A stretch of 64,000 bases of DNA from an uncultured Gammaproteobacteria bacterium (lineage in GTDB: Bacteria; Patescibacteriota; Patescibacteriia; Magasanikbacterales; GWA2-37-8), in the NCBI GenBank assembly GCA_964540825.1, contig CAZINT010000001.1:69315-133314 (forward strand), read 5' to 3'. Position 1 is the first letter of the stretch, and each line of letters starts with the position of its first letter. The notes under the pieces are model-generated. The model worked only from the letters and a program-made list of their open reading frames with translations. It did no database searches and was not told where the DNA came from. Below, in pieces: positions 50,897-60,311 of the stretch. The translations under genes and the position numbers were made by a program.

Positions 50897-52612
50897 ATGC
50901 TCAACCAGATCAAGAACGATTTAAAAAATTTACTTATTAAAGCGGGGGTTACTAATCCGCCCGAACTAACGACACCACCAAATCCAGACATGGGCGATTT
51001 TGCTTTGCCTTGTTTTGCGCTCGCCAAAGAACAAAAAAAGAGTCCAAATGAAGTGGCAAATGCTATTGTGGATGCGCTTGATAAGGCTGAATGGGAAAAG
51101 TATGAACTACTTCAGGATGTTGCTGCCGAAGGGCCGTATGTTAATTTTTTTCTTAAAAATTCAGCGCTCGCCGAGGGTGTCATTGAAGCGGTCAAAACGC
51201 AGAAAGAAAACTATGGCAGTAATAACCTGGGGCAGGGTAAGAAAGTAATGGTGGAGTACCCGTCCAATAATACCCATAAAGAATTTCATATTGGTCATCT
51301 GCGTAACGTGTGTATCGGCAACACGCTGGTAGAATTGTATCGCAAGAGTGGCTACGACGTAGTGGTTGTTAATTACCTTAATGACTTTGGTGCCCATGTA
51401 GCGAAGTGTCTCTGGGGGCTCATGAAATTTCATCAAAATGAGCAGCCCCCTGAGAATAAGCAAAAATGGCTTGGGGACATCTACGCTGAAGCCAGCCAGT
51501 ATGCCAAAGAGCACCCCGAATCAGCGGAAGAAATTGCCGCTGTTCAGAAGCGTCTTGAGCAGCACGAGCCAACGCTCGAAGAGGTGTTCATGATGACGCG
51601 TCAGTGGAGTATCGATCGCTTTGAAGAAATTTTTAAAGAACTGGGCGTGCAGCACCAGGCAGTTTTTTACGAAAAAGATTTGAAAGATCAGGGACAAAAA
51701 ATGGTGGAAGATTTGCTGGCCAAAGGAATTGCCAAGGTAGGGGAGCGAGGCGCAATTATTATTGATCTTGCCGAGTTTAATTTGGACGTAGCACTCTTAC
51801 GTAAAGCCGATGGTAGTGGCTTGTACCTCACCAGCGATCTACCGCTATCACAAGAAAAGTTTAAACAGTTCGATGTCGTTGAAAGTATCTATATCACCGG
51901 TCAAGAACAAAATTTTTATTTCAAGCAGTTGTTCAAAATCTTGGAGTTAATGGGCTTTCATAAAAAGATGACTCATATCGGCTACGGGCTCGTCAATAAA
52001 CCCGAGGGCAAAATGTCGTCCCGTCTGGGCAATGTCGTTTTGTATGATGAACTTCGTTCGGATGTTGAAACCCTTCTTATGGCGGCAAGCCGTGAACGGC
52101 ATCCGGATTGGGCGCCCGAGAAGCTTGAGGAGGTTGTGCGAGCAATTACCTTTGCGGCGCTTAAGTTCAACATGCAGCAGCACGAGGCGGCTAAAACATT
52201 TACCTTTGATGCCAAACAAGCCGTAAGTTTTGAAGGGTTTAGCGCGCCGTATATTTTGTACGTCGTTGCTCGTATTTCCAGCCTCTTCAAAAAAGCTCCA
52301 GTTGCATACCAGCACAACCTGCAAAGTGATTATGCACTTTTAATTGAACCAGAAGAAAAGAAACTGGTTATGATGATGGCTAGGTACGGGGGAGTGATCG
52401 AAAAGGCCCTTGAGACGTATAATCCGTCGGTTATAACCACCTACTGCTTTGAACTTGCTCAAGCTTTCAATGATTTTTATACGAAACAAAGCATTCTGAA
52501 CGCTGCTGACGAACTGCTTATTCAGACTCGTCTGACGCTCTGCGGGGCAGTGCAGCAGGTGCTTAAAAACGCTCTAGGGATTCTTACAATTAATACTATC
52601 GATGAAATGTAA
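50897..52612 (+). CDS. argS: Arginine-tRNA ligase
   Basis: GPYVNF, FHIGHLRN, YLNDFG, KMSSRLG, DALR-type C-terminus ending in M. Confidence 0.96.
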   Translation: MLNQIKNDLKNLLIKAGVTNPPELTTPPNPDMGDFALPCFALAKEQKKSPNEVANAIVDALDKAEWEKYELLQDVAAEGPYVNFFLKNSALAEGVIEAVKTQKENYGSNNLGQGKKVMVEYPSNNTHKEFHIGHLRNVCIGNTLVELYRKSGYDVVVVNYLNDFGAHVAKCLWGLMKFHQNEQPPENKQKWLGDIYAEASQYAKEHPESAEEIAAVQKRLEQHEPTLEEVFMMTRQWSIDRFEEIFKELGVQHQAVFYEKDLKDQGQKMVEDLLAKGIAKVGERGAIIIDLAEFNLDVALLRKADGSGLYLTSDLPLSQEKFKQFDVVESIYITGQEQNFYFKQLFKILELMGFHKKMTHIGYGLVNKPEGKMSSRLGNVVLYDELRSDVETLLMAASRERHPDWAPEKLEEVVRAITFAALKFNMQQHEAAKTFTFDAKQAVSFEGFSAPYILYVVARISSLFKKAPVAYQHNLQSDYALLIEPEEKKLVMMMARYGGVIEKALETYNPSVITTYCFELAQAFNDFYTKQSILNAADELLIQTRLTLCGAVQQVLKNALGILTINTIDEM

Positions 52613-52720
52613 ACACCTTGAGTACAAAATGTACTCAAAATAGCGGGAGGGGCATATTTTGTTTTTTCACAAAAAGTGCTATACTCTTGGTAGACTTCTT
52701 AACCTTTATTTTCCTTTACT

Positions 52721-53212
52721 ATGATCTTTCAAAAAGCTGCTCCCAAATATGTACCAGAAGCCCCTGTTATCGATGATGAGGAAGACATGGACGTTATGGA
52801 AGAAACGCGGGATGAGGTAGAAACAGTGGTTGGTCCTTCGGTAAATGTTGAGGGTGATTTTGCTTCTGAGGGAAACATTATCGTCAAAGGAACGGTTTCG
52901 GGAAGTGTTGCTACTAGTAAATTTTTACTTGTGGAACAGGGTGCTAAAATCGTTGCCAATGTACGGGCAGGCAGCGCCAAAATTTCTGGTGAAGTAAAAG
53001 GCAATATGAAGGTAAAAGAAACCCTTGAATTGACGAGTACTGCCAAAGTGCTTGGTGATATTGAAGCGCGCACCTTGGTTATCGAAGGGGGCGCGATTTT
53101 GTATGGCAAGGTTACTATGCCGGGCCTTGAAGGGGCAGATATGAAACCAGCTCGCACTACACGATCTTCAACTATTAAACGAAACAACGACGAAGTATCT
53201 CTTGTTAGCTGA
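52721..53212 (+). CDS. Bactofilin (polymer-forming cytoskeletal protein)
   Basis: ETVVGPSVNVEGDF..GNIIVKGTVSG..GEVKGN..VLGDI..LVIEGGA beta-helix repeats. Confidence 0.9.
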   Translation: MIFQKAAPKYVPEAPVIDDEEDMDVMEETRDEVETVVGPSVNVEGDFASEGNIIVKGTVSGSVATSKFLLVEQGAKIVANVRAGSAKISGEVKGNMKVKETLELTSTAKVLGDIEARTLVIEGGAILYGKVTMPGLEGADMKPARTTRSSTIKRNNDEVSLVS

Positions 53213-53271
53213 TAATAAATAATTTCTACTGTTCACGTGCTTGACGATAGAAATGATGTAGTGCATCAGCT

Positions 53272-54036
53272 ATGTATGTTTACCTCTACGACAACTTCTT
53301 GCGGGACAAGAAGTATCTTCCGACCATTAAAGCAATTGAAGTGCAATTGACTGATTTTGGTATTACGGGCAAAATTTTGCGCCTTACCAATTACGCTGAT
53401 GCTAAGCCGATTATTGACGACGAAATCAAACGCGGAGCCAAGACGGTGGTAATTGTGGGTAATGATCAAACCTTCGGTCATGTACTTTCCAAAAGCGCGA
53501 CGTGCAACGTTGTGTTTGGCTTTTTACCCATTGGCCCTGACAACACTATTGCCGAAGTTTTGGGCATCCCCGTTGGTGTCGAGGCCTGCTCAGTATTGTC
53601 ACAGCGTCGGCGTGAAAAATTAGATGTCGGGCTGATTAATAACCGGTATTTTGTCTCGCGCCTGCATGTTAAGCCGTCGCGCGTCGCGGTCACCTATGAC
53701 GACAAGTTTATGGTCAAAGCGAACGACCTTATGGAAGTTATTGTCTGTAACCTGCAGCCTTTTTATTGGAAACGAAGCAAAAAAGACAGCGACCTGGAAG
53801 TGGTTCATCCACAGGATGGCAAGCTCGAAGCGTTTTTACGGCCATTGACAAAGAAGGGGTGGTTCGGGTATACCTATGAGGAGCCAAGCGTGTTTCCGTT
53901 TGGTGAAATGCGGATTGAATCCGATGACCCGTTCGTGGTTGAGGCCGACGGCAAGACTACGAAAGAGCTTAAGGTAACAATTACTATGGCCAAAGAAAAG
54001 ATTGACATGATCGTTGGCCGCAATCGGAAGTTTTAA
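53272..54036 (+). CDS. Diacylglycerol-kinase-catalytic-domain-like protein
   Basis: VVIVGNDQT (GGDG variant), FLPIGPDNTIA..LGIP, DVGLINNRYF, EADG. Confidence 0.7.
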   Translation: MYVYLYDNFLRDKKYLPTIKAIEVQLTDFGITGKILRLTNYADAKPIIDDEIKRGAKTVVIVGNDQTFGHVLSKSATCNVVFGFLPIGPDNTIAEVLGIPVGVEACSVLSQRRREKLDVGLINNRYFVSRLHVKPSRVAVTYDDKFMVKANDLMEVIVCNLQPFYWKRSKKDSDLEVVHPQDGKLEAFLRPLTKKGWFGYTYEEPSVFPFGEMRIESDDPFVVEADGKTTKELKVTITMAKEKIDMIVGRNRKF

Positions 54037-54043
54037 ACCACAT

Positions 54044-54130
54044 GCCCAGGTGGCGAAATTGGTAGACGCACTACCTTGAGGTGGTAGCTCCCGCAAGGGA
54101 ATGGAAGTTCGAGTCTTCTCCTGGGCACCA
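54044..54130 (+). tRNA. tRNA-Leu (GAG), CCA encoded
   Basis: GCCCAGG/CCTGGGC acceptor, CTACC-TTGAGGT-GGTAG anticodon arm, long variable arm, GTTCGAGTC, ACCA end. Confidence 0.95.
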
Positions 54131-54161
54131 AAAAACAGAAATACGAGTATTTCTGTTTTTT
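54130..54161 (+). terminator. Terminator after tRNA-Leu
   Basis: AAAAACAGAAATAC-GA-GTATTTCTGTTTTTT. Confidence 0.75.
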
Positions 54162-54168
54162 AATATTA

Positions 54169-54197
54169 TTGACAAATAAGCCTTTATTAAGTAGAAT
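54169..54197 (+). promoter_or_regulatory. Sigma70 promoter of GC-rich cassette 5
   Basis: TTGACA-17-TAGAAT. Confidence 0.75.
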
Positions 54198-54276
54198 TTT
54201 GTATTCTTTGTAGTTCAGTCGGTAAAAGTAAACACGCTTTGTTTATTGCTACCGCCTGAATACGGAGAACAGCGTC

Positions 54277-54549
54277 ATGCAAAACCCCAGATCGCAGCGT
54301 TTGCGTGCAGCCTTGTTGATTGGCGTGTGTCTTTTCTGCGGCTGCCCAAACAAGGGTGTGGTTCAGCCAACGAGCGGCTCAGCCGTCGTTGCTCAGCCTC
54401 AGCACCAGCCGGATTTGGCGCCGGCCAGCCCTGACCTCACCGGGATTCCCTGGGCCAAGCAGCCTCACCCGATCAAGGTCAGTCCCGGAGAGCCTGATCC
54501 GGGTGCGTTTGAGCCTGCTTACGATACCGAGGAGAACAATCAGGAATGA
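54277..54549 (+). CDS. Orphan Pro-rich predicted lipoprotein (GC-rich cassette 5)
   Basis: GGAG 9 nt before ATG; MQNPRSQRLRAALLIGVCLFCG-C lipobox-like; Pro/Gln-rich body. Confidence 0.65.
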   Translation: MQNPRSQRLRAALLIGVCLFCGCPNKGVVQPTSGSAVVAQPQHQPDLAPASPDLTGIPWAKQPHPIKVSPGEPDPGAFEPAYDTEENNQE

Positions 54550-54690
54550 AAATCTACCAGCGAAGCGTAGGACTTCTGTGTCCACGCTTCGCTGCTGCCC
54601 CCCTCGACTACTTGCTGAAAGTAGTTTTTTACTTTTAAAAAATCATTTTTTTAAGTATACTATAGAAGACAGGTATTATTTATAAAAGCT

Positions 54691-54933
54691 ATGCATTACA
54701 TTTTAGGATTTATTATGGTCGTTGTTGGCGGTCTCTTAGTTGTAAAATCCGAATGGTTTTTGCAAAATTTTGGAACCGTTGCCTGGGCCGAAGAGCATTT
54801 GGGTTTTAATGGCGGGAGCCGTTTGTTTTACAAACTCACTGGTATTGTCATCATTTTTTTCGGATTTATGGTGGTTACCAATTTGATGGGTGCTTTTTTA
54901 ATGGGCACCGTTGGTAAACTTTTTGTTCGCTAA
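54691..54933 (+). CDS. Small two-TM hypothetical protein
   Basis: FGTVAWAEEHLG..GGSRLFYKL between two hydrophobic helices. Confidence 0.75.
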   Translation: MHYILGFIMVVVGGLLVVKSEWFLQNFGTVAWAEEHLGFNGGSRLFYKLTGIVIIFFGFMVVTNLMGAFLMGTVGKLFVR

Positions 54934-54934
54934 T

Positions 54935-55483
54935 ATGTCGCACGCTGGGCTTGCCCTTATTGATCCGCATGTTATCTTTGAAAAGATCGGCCTTAACAAA
55001 GGTATGCGTGTTGCCGATCTCGGGTGTGGGCGCACCGGGCATTTTGTTTTTACAGCTTCGCGCCAAGTCAAAGAAACCGGTGTTGTCTATGCAGTTGATA
55101 TTTTGAAAGATGTCTTGGAAAATATTAAAAGTCGCATTCGTTCCGAAGGATACGATAACGTCCAAACAGTTTGGTCAAATATCGAAATGGTCGGTAAAAC
55201 AGCTATTCCGGCCGAAACACTCGATGGCTGCTTTTTTGTAAATGTACTTTCTCGGTTAGGGGATAAGCGTGCTGCAATGGCCGAGGGGGCGCGCCTCTTG
55301 AAAAAAAACGGCTTTCTCGCTATCATTGAGTGGGCTAAACCGCTAGGAGTCCTGGGTCCAAGTCCGTCTGTCATGCTTACCGAGGAGCAGCTTAAGGAGA
55401 TTGCGGCGAAACAAGGATTAATGCCGGTAGAATCGTTTCCGTCGGGTGACTATCATTACTGCAGTATTTTTAGAAAGGAATAA
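54935..55483 (+). CDS. Class I SAM-dependent methyltransferase
   Basis: VADLGCGRTGHF, VYAVDI, LLKKNGFLAIIEW. Confidence 0.85.
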   Translation: MSHAGLALIDPHVIFEKIGLNKGMRVADLGCGRTGHFVFTASRQVKETGVVYAVDILKDVLENIKSRIRSEGYDNVQTVWSNIEMVGKTAIPAETLDGCFFVNVLSRLGDKRAAMAEGARLLKKNGFLAIIEWAKPLGVLGPSPSVMLTEEQLKEIAAKQGLMPVESFPSGDYHYCSIFRKE

Positions 55484-55525
55484 ATTTAATTTAAAACAGA
55501 GGGGGTTGTAATGTAATTAACGAAT

Positions 55526-55930
55526 ATGAGTCCTAAGAACTTTTTGTACTGGTCCTATTGGTTTTCGCAACCGCTCATTGCGCGTGATTGGGTTTTTTAC
55601 GTTTGGTTTGGTTGGTTCGCTGCCTTTTTGCTCGCGGGTATCGGTTTATTTATTGTGCGTTATTACGAAAAAGATTCACTTAAAAAAGAAGTGTACAAGC
55701 GCTACGGAATGATCGGTCTTGTTATGGGGTTCCTCGGACTCGTCTGGTTTTTCTTCCGTCAAGAACGCATTCCGTTTTTCTCCTGGCGTTTTTGGCTTCT
55801 GCCTTGGTTACCCTTGTTGGTGTGGTGGATTCGCAAAGTAACTCGTTTTGCCACCAAACGTGTACCGGTTATCCGCCAGCAACAACAACAAAAATCGATC
55901 AAAGATAAATATCTTCCAAAGCGGGCATAA
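55526..55930 (+). CDS. Hypothetical three-TM membrane protein
   Basis: Aromatic-rich TMs; FFRQERIPFFSWR, KYLP tail. Confidence 0.75.
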   Translation: MSPKNFLYWSYWFSQPLIARDWVFYVWFGWFAAFLLAGIGLFIVRYYEKDSLKKEVYKRYGMIGLVMGFLGLVWFFFRQERIPFFSWRFWLLPWLPLLVWWIRKVTRFATKRVPVIRQQQQQKSIKDKYLPKRA

Positions 55931-55942
55931 ACTGTCTTGTCT

Positions 55943-56305
55943 ATGGTAGTGCGAAGGGGGACAACGGTCGTAGGCGCTTGGGGAGAGTCACAGGCCTGCG
56001 ACTTTTTAGTTAGACAAAAGTTTTTAATTCGCGAGCGCAATTATCACACCACGGCTGGTGAAATTGATATAATAGCCGAGAAAGGAGGGGATTATTACTT
56101 TATTGAAGTCAAAACCCGGGCTGCTGGTGAAATGGCCACCGACCTGGCGATCACTCCAGCTAAACTACACAAACTGCAGAAAACCCTTAAAATGTATTGT
56201 TATCAGCGTAATATTGCCGACCGGTCATTAATTCTTGCGGGTCTCCTCGTTACTTTTAACCGAGCGACAGCACGAATCTCGTTTAGATTGGCGGTATTCT
56301 GTTGA
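55943..56305 (+). CDS. YraN (UPF0102) family nuclease-like protein
   Basis: GAWGESQA, RNY...GEIDIIA, FIEVKTR. Confidence 0.88.
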   Translation: MVVRRGTTVVGAWGESQACDFLVRQKFLIRERNYHTTAGEIDIIAEKGGDYYFIEVKTRAAGEMATDLAITPAKLHKLQKTLKMYCYQRNIADRSLILAGLLVTFNRATARISFRLAVFC

Positions 56306-56374
56306 CACCACAAAGGTTTTCTGCTATATTTCGTCCATTAAAAGGCACTTCTTAAATTATCTAAGTATCCTCCT

Positions 56375-56956
56375 ATGAACTTTAAAAAAGAACGAACCTA
56401 CGCCATGATTAAGCCCGACGGTGTGCAAAAAGGCTTGATCGGTGAAATTATTCGTCGTTTTGAACAGCGCGATCTTAAAATCGTTGCTCTTGAAATGTTC
56501 CAGCCAACCCATGACCAAATCGACAACCATTATCCAAAAGAAGAAGCCTGGATCCGTCGCGTTGGCCAGAAGACCCTTGGAACCTACGAAAAATATGGTA
56601 TGGATGCTACGAAAGATTTTGGTACCAACGAAGACCTTGAAATCGGTAAACAAGTTCGCAGCTGGCTTGTAAGTTATATGACCTCCGCCCCACTTGTTCG
56701 CATGGTTGTGGAAGGCGTACATGCGGTAGATATGGTACGCAAGATTTGTGGAGCCACTATGCCATACCTCGCTGATATGGGTACGATCCGCGGAGATTAC
56801 TCTGCTGATTCACCGGCAATTGCCAACATTGAAAAACGTCCAGTTATGAACCTTATTCATGCATCCGAAACTCCGGCAGAAGCAGAGCATGAAATTAAGC
56901 ACTGGTTTGGCGGACGTGAAGATGTCATTTTTGACTACAAGCGCATTACTGACTAG
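56375..56956 (+). CDS. ndk: Nucleoside diphosphate kinase (long form)
   Basis: ERTYAMIKPDGV, GTIRGDY, NLIHASE. Confidence 0.94.
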   Translation: MNFKKERTYAMIKPDGVQKGLIGEIIRRFEQRDLKIVALEMFQPTHDQIDNHYPKEEAWIRRVGQKTLGTYEKYGMDATKDFGTNEDLEIGKQVRSWLVSYMTSAPLVRMVVEGVHAVDMVRKICGATMPYLADMGTIRGDYSADSPAIANIEKRPVMNLIHASETPAEAEHEIKHWFGGREDVIFDYKRITD

Positions 56957-57005
56957 TCTCTGGTACTTAAAAAATCCGCTCAAGCAGCGGATTTTTTGAT
57001 TTTAT

Positions 57006-57034
57006 TTGACAGTATTTTTCCACCCCTTTATACT
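57006..57034 (+). promoter_or_regulatory. Sigma70 promoter driving a non-coding transcript
   Basis: TTGACA-17-TATACT with no downstream ORF before a terminator. Confidence 0.75.
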
Positions 57035-57041
57035 ACAAAAC

Positions 57042-57229
57042 AGATCGAGCGCTGAGGCGGCAAAAATGTTCTACAATACAAATTTTAGGTTTACTCATAT
57101 TGCTTAGACCTGAGGGTCTTTGCTGCGGTTTACCACTTACTTTGACGGAACACGTCAAACCGCTTTGGTTAGCCGATCGATAACAAGTAACTCCTTTTCG
57201 CCCCCTTGGCGCTCTGGGGTTATTTTTTT
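57042..57229 (+). ncRNA. Structured ncRNA candidate, 6S-RNA-like
   Basis: 5' GATCG..GCTGAGGCGG pairs with 3' CCGCTTTGGT..CGATC; A-rich bubble; inner stem TTAGGTTTA/TAGACCTGA; ends in a CCCC..GGGG hairpin plus T-tract. Confidence 0.5.
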
Positions 57230-57232
57230 GTG

Positions 57233-57322
57233 AAGCAGATTAAGCAGGGTAGGCAGAGTAGGCAAATTAAGTAGAAATTCGCTACTTAATCTGCTTAGTA
57301 CTTACTCTGCCTACTCTGCTTT
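57233..57322. repeat. Palindromic array of 9-bp repeats
   Basis: GCAGATTAA-GCAGGGTAG-GCAGAGTAG-GCAAATTAA-GTAG, then complementary CTAC-TTAATCTGC..TTACTCTGC-CTACTCTGC. Confidence 0.75.
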
Positions 57323-57389
57323 TAAATAAGTCATTTTTGGTTTAAATAAAAAACTACTCTGTTGCGAGTAGTTTTTCGGAAGATATGGT

Positions 57390-57566
57390 TTATACCGTAG
57401 CTTTGGTAATGGTACGGCGGCAGGTGGAGCAAGCCTTCAAACGGTCACCGGCAACAGAGAGGAGTTGGAGGTTTGGTTTTTGACGGCGAGGAACCTTCTG
57501 GTTCGAGTGGCTAACGTGGTTGGCGCGGACAGCCTTTTTTCCGCAGAGTTCACAGGAACGGCTCAT
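57390..57566 (-). CDS. rpmB: 50S ribosomal protein L28 (58 aa, absent from the ORF track)
   Basis: Manual translation MSRSCELCGKKAVRANHVSHSNQKVPRRQKPNLQLLSVAGDRLKACSTCRRTITKATV*. Confidence 0.93.
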   Translation of the reverse strand: MSRSCELCGKKAVRANHVSHSNQKVPRRQKPNLQLLSVAGDRLKACSTCRRTITKATV

Positions 57567-57653
57567 ATTGATACCTTAAAGAAAATTGAGTATACTTAGC
57601 TAATAGATTGAAGTAGGACTAGTATAGCTAAACTACATTAAATTGTCAATACT

Positions 57654-58274
57654 ATGGATTTTACCTCCCCGGAAGCCTTTATTTCGCTCTTGTTTTACTT
57701 CGTTATTATCATTCCTTCGAGCATTATTCATGAATATGCTCATGGGGCCATGGCTGATTACCTGGGTGACCCGACCGCACGGTATGCGGGGAGACTGACG
57801 GTTAACCCCAGGCCGCATATTGATCTCTGGGGTACTATTTTGCTGCCTGTTATTCTATTTCTCTCAACAGGCGGCAAATTTTTGTTTGCCTATGCTAAAC
57901 CCGTACCATATAACCCGTATAACTTAAAAAATCAAAAATGGGGTCCGGCTTTGGTGGGGCTCGCCGGTCCGGTTGCTAATTTTTTACTTGCTGCAGCTAC
58001 CGCCATTATCTTGCGCTTTGTGAGTACTTCTGCAATCGCGCCGTTTTTGGCAATTATCGTTTACGCCAATTTGATGCTCATGGTGTTTAATCTGGTGCCG
58101 CTGCCTCCTTTGGACGGTTCAAAAATTTTGTTTGCGATCTTGCCTGATTCCATGGTCGGTGTGCGGAATTTTTTGGAACGTTACGGCACCATTCTTGTTC
58201 TCGTTTTTGTTTTCTTTCTCTTTCAAATGCTTTCGCCAGTGATTGAATTTTTATTTACTCTGTTGGTTGGATAA
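57654..58274 (+). CDS. Site-2 protease (M50)
   Basis: IHEYAHG, AGPVAN, FNLVPLPPLDGSK. Confidence 0.92.
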   Translation: MDFTSPEAFISLLFYFVIIIPSSIIHEYAHGAMADYLGDPTARYAGRLTVNPRPHIDLWGTILLPVILFLSTGGKFLFAYAKPVPYNPYNLKNQKWGPALVGLAGPVANFLLAAATAIILRFVSTSAIAPFLAIIVYANLMLMVFNLVPLPPLDGSKILFAILPDSMVGVRNFLERYGTILVLVFVFFLFQMLSPVIEFLFTLLVG

Positions 58275-58277
58275 TTT

Positions 58278-59438
58278 GTGTCTTCAGTTTTTTCGGTCAG
58301 CGAATTTATTAAAAACATCAACGACATTATTGCTGGTGAGTTTGTGGTTGAAGGTGAAATTTCGCAGTATAAAATTTCGCAAGGCAAGTGGATCTTTTTT
58401 GATATCAAAGATGAGTATAGTTGTCTTAATTGTTTTTCGACGGTGTACATGTTGCCTGCACCTCTTGAGGATGGTATGCGGGTGCAGGTACTAGGTTATC
58501 CTAAAATTCATGATAAAAGCGGCCGGTTTAGTTTTACCGTTCAGAAAGTGGTGCCGATTGGAGTCGGCGCCTTACAGCGGGCGTATGCACTCCTCAAAGA
58601 AAAATTAACGTTAGAAGGATTGTTCGTTGCTGAGCGTAAGCGTGCTTTACCGGAAATGCCGCAGCGTATTGGTGTAATTGCCTCGCGCGACAGCGCTGCG
58701 TTCGGAGATTTTAAAAGAATTATTACGGAACGTTGGGGAGGCCTCGAAATACTCTTGCGTCACGTAACTGTGCAGGGCGAGAGTGCAACTGGCGAGATCG
58801 TAGCTGCTTTTCAGGAGTTCAATGCCCTGCCAGAGGCCTGCGAGGTGATTGCACTCATACGTGGTGGCGGGTCGCTCGAAGATTTGGCTGCATTTAATTC
58901 TGAAGAAGTCGTGCGGGCAGTATATGGAAGCAAGAGTCCGGTTGTAACCGGCGTCGGGCATGAACAGGATGTTACCCTTGTTGATTTTGTCGCCGACGTG
59001 CGTGCGGCAACACCAACGCACGCGGCCCAGCTAGTAACTGCTGATCGACGAGAATTTGTGCTAAACCTTGACCTGGGGCTGCGACGGATTCAAGATGTGC
59101 TCGAGTATCGCCTGGTCCGGCAGCGAAGTAATATCGATGAGCAGACAAATGTATTTAATCGTTTTTTCGATCGCTGCATTCAACAGGGGCGATTTATGAT
59201 CGAGCGTTTTGAAAGTGTGCCGCGTACGCTACTGGCCTTGACGACCGAACGCCTCACAGCCGTGACGCATGCTGAACAACTGCTCGCGAGCGGTAATCCG
59301 CGCCGGGTACTTGCCCGGGGGTATAGTATTGTACGAAATGCCAAGGGTAAAATACTTAAGAAAGCCGGCAGCGTAGACAGTGGCGAAACGCTCATGGTAG
59401 AATTAGCAGAAGGAGAGATTGCCGCGAAGGTTATTTAA
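58278..59438 (+). CDS. xseA: Exodeoxyribonuclease VII large subunit
   Basis: VEGEISQY, RGGGSLEDL, GVGHEQD, RAATPT, LARGYS. Confidence 0.94.
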   Translation: MSSVFSVSEFIKNINDIIAGEFVVEGEISQYKISQGKWIFFDIKDEYSCLNCFSTVYMLPAPLEDGMRVQVLGYPKIHDKSGRFSFTVQKVVPIGVGALQRAYALLKEKLTLEGLFVAERKRALPEMPQRIGVIASRDSAAFGDFKRIITERWGGLEILLRHVTVQGESATGEIVAAFQEFNALPEACEVIALIRGGGSLEDLAAFNSEEVVRAVYGSKSPVVTGVGHEQDVTLVDFVADVRAATPTHAAQLVTADRREFVLNLDLGLRRIQDVLEYRLVRQRSNIDEQTNVFNRFFDRCIQQGRFMIERFESVPRTLLALTTERLTAVTHAEQLLASGNPRRVLARGYSIVRNAKGKILKKAGSVDSGETLMVELAEGEIAAKVI

Positions 59439-59447
59439 TTTATTTAT

Positions 59448-59651
59448 ATGGCTGCAGCTGAAAAGAAAAAATTCAATTTTGCAAAAAATTATCAAGAACT
59501 TCAAAAATTAGTCGCTTGGTTTGAAAGCGACACCGTTGACCTCGAAGAAGGTATCGTTAAATTTGAAGAGGGGATTAAGCTCACAAAAGAACTTAAAGAA
59601 TACCTCAGTACCATGGAAAATAAAATAAAAGAACTTAAGAAGCTTGCTTAG
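59448..59651 (+). CDS. xseB: Exodeoxyribonuclease VII small subunit
   Basis: FAKNYQELQKLV..DLEEGIVKFEEG; follows xseA. Confidence 0.9.
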   Translation: MAAAEKKKFNFAKNYQELQKLVAWFESDTVDLEEGIVKFEEGIKLTKELKEYLSTMENKIKELKKLA

Positions 59652-59735
59652 CCGCTTATGTTTTGGAGGGACTATTTTATTCTTATTCGCAAAATGCTCT
59701 AACGTAAGAGCATTTTGTTGTTTTTAATTAAATGT

Positions 59736-60248
59736 ATGCAGCCCACGCGTTATGCTTTGCCCCAGGAAATTTTACTCCGAGAAGCGGATGGCGCCAACGA
59801 TCGTTTTAAGGCGCTCTTACTTCGTGAAATCAATAAAGTAAATTACCAGGCAGCGCCAGGACATTTTAATTTCAATAACAAGCAGGAAATGGTTCGTATT
59901 TTGCTTTGCTTGCAGTTGGTAGAAATATATAATTATCCGCTTCAGCAAATTCGCATCGAAGTTTTAGTGCCCAAAACGCATCCACGGCAACGAGCTGATG
60001 TTGTCGTGTATACTGATGAAGCCCGAACCAAACCATTTTTGGTCTTTGAATGTCTGAAACCTGGCGCTTCCTTTGCCGAACTTAATCGTTCAATCTTACG
60101 TGTTATTCATCAGGCAAAAATTTTATCTGCTGAGTATGCTATTGTGACCAGCGGAACCGTGCGCAAAGTTGTCAAAGTAGCGGCCTGCCGAGGGGCAGTT
60201 ATCCCGCGGAGTGCCTGGCAAGAAGACTGGCCAATGGCTTCGGCGTAA
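59736..60248 (+). CDS. Stand-alone HsdR N-terminal-like (type I restriction) domain protein
   Basis: EMVR..LVEIYNYP..IRIEV, RADVVVY, LVFECLKP, YAIVTSG. Confidence 0.7.
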   Translation: MQPTRYALPQEILLREADGANDRFKALLLREINKVNYQAAPGHFNFNNKQEMVRILLCLQLVEIYNYPLQQIRIEVLVPKTHPRQRADVVVYTDEARTKPFLVFECLKPGASFAELNRSILRVIHQAKILSAEYAIVTSGTVRKVVKVAACRGAVIPRSAWQEDWPMASA

Positions 60249-60311
60249 AGCTTGCTATTTGAACTATTCTGTTGGTATACTCAGATAAACTTATTTGTAA
60301 GTATAATATAT

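Noticed and set aside
54044-54640. tRNA-Leu as an integration site for a genomic island carrying cassette 5
   Set aside because: No integrase and no duplicated tRNA 3' end seen downstream; the tRNA has its own terminator.
57233-57322. CRISPR array
   Set aside because: Units are 9 bp with no spacers, and there are no cas genes.
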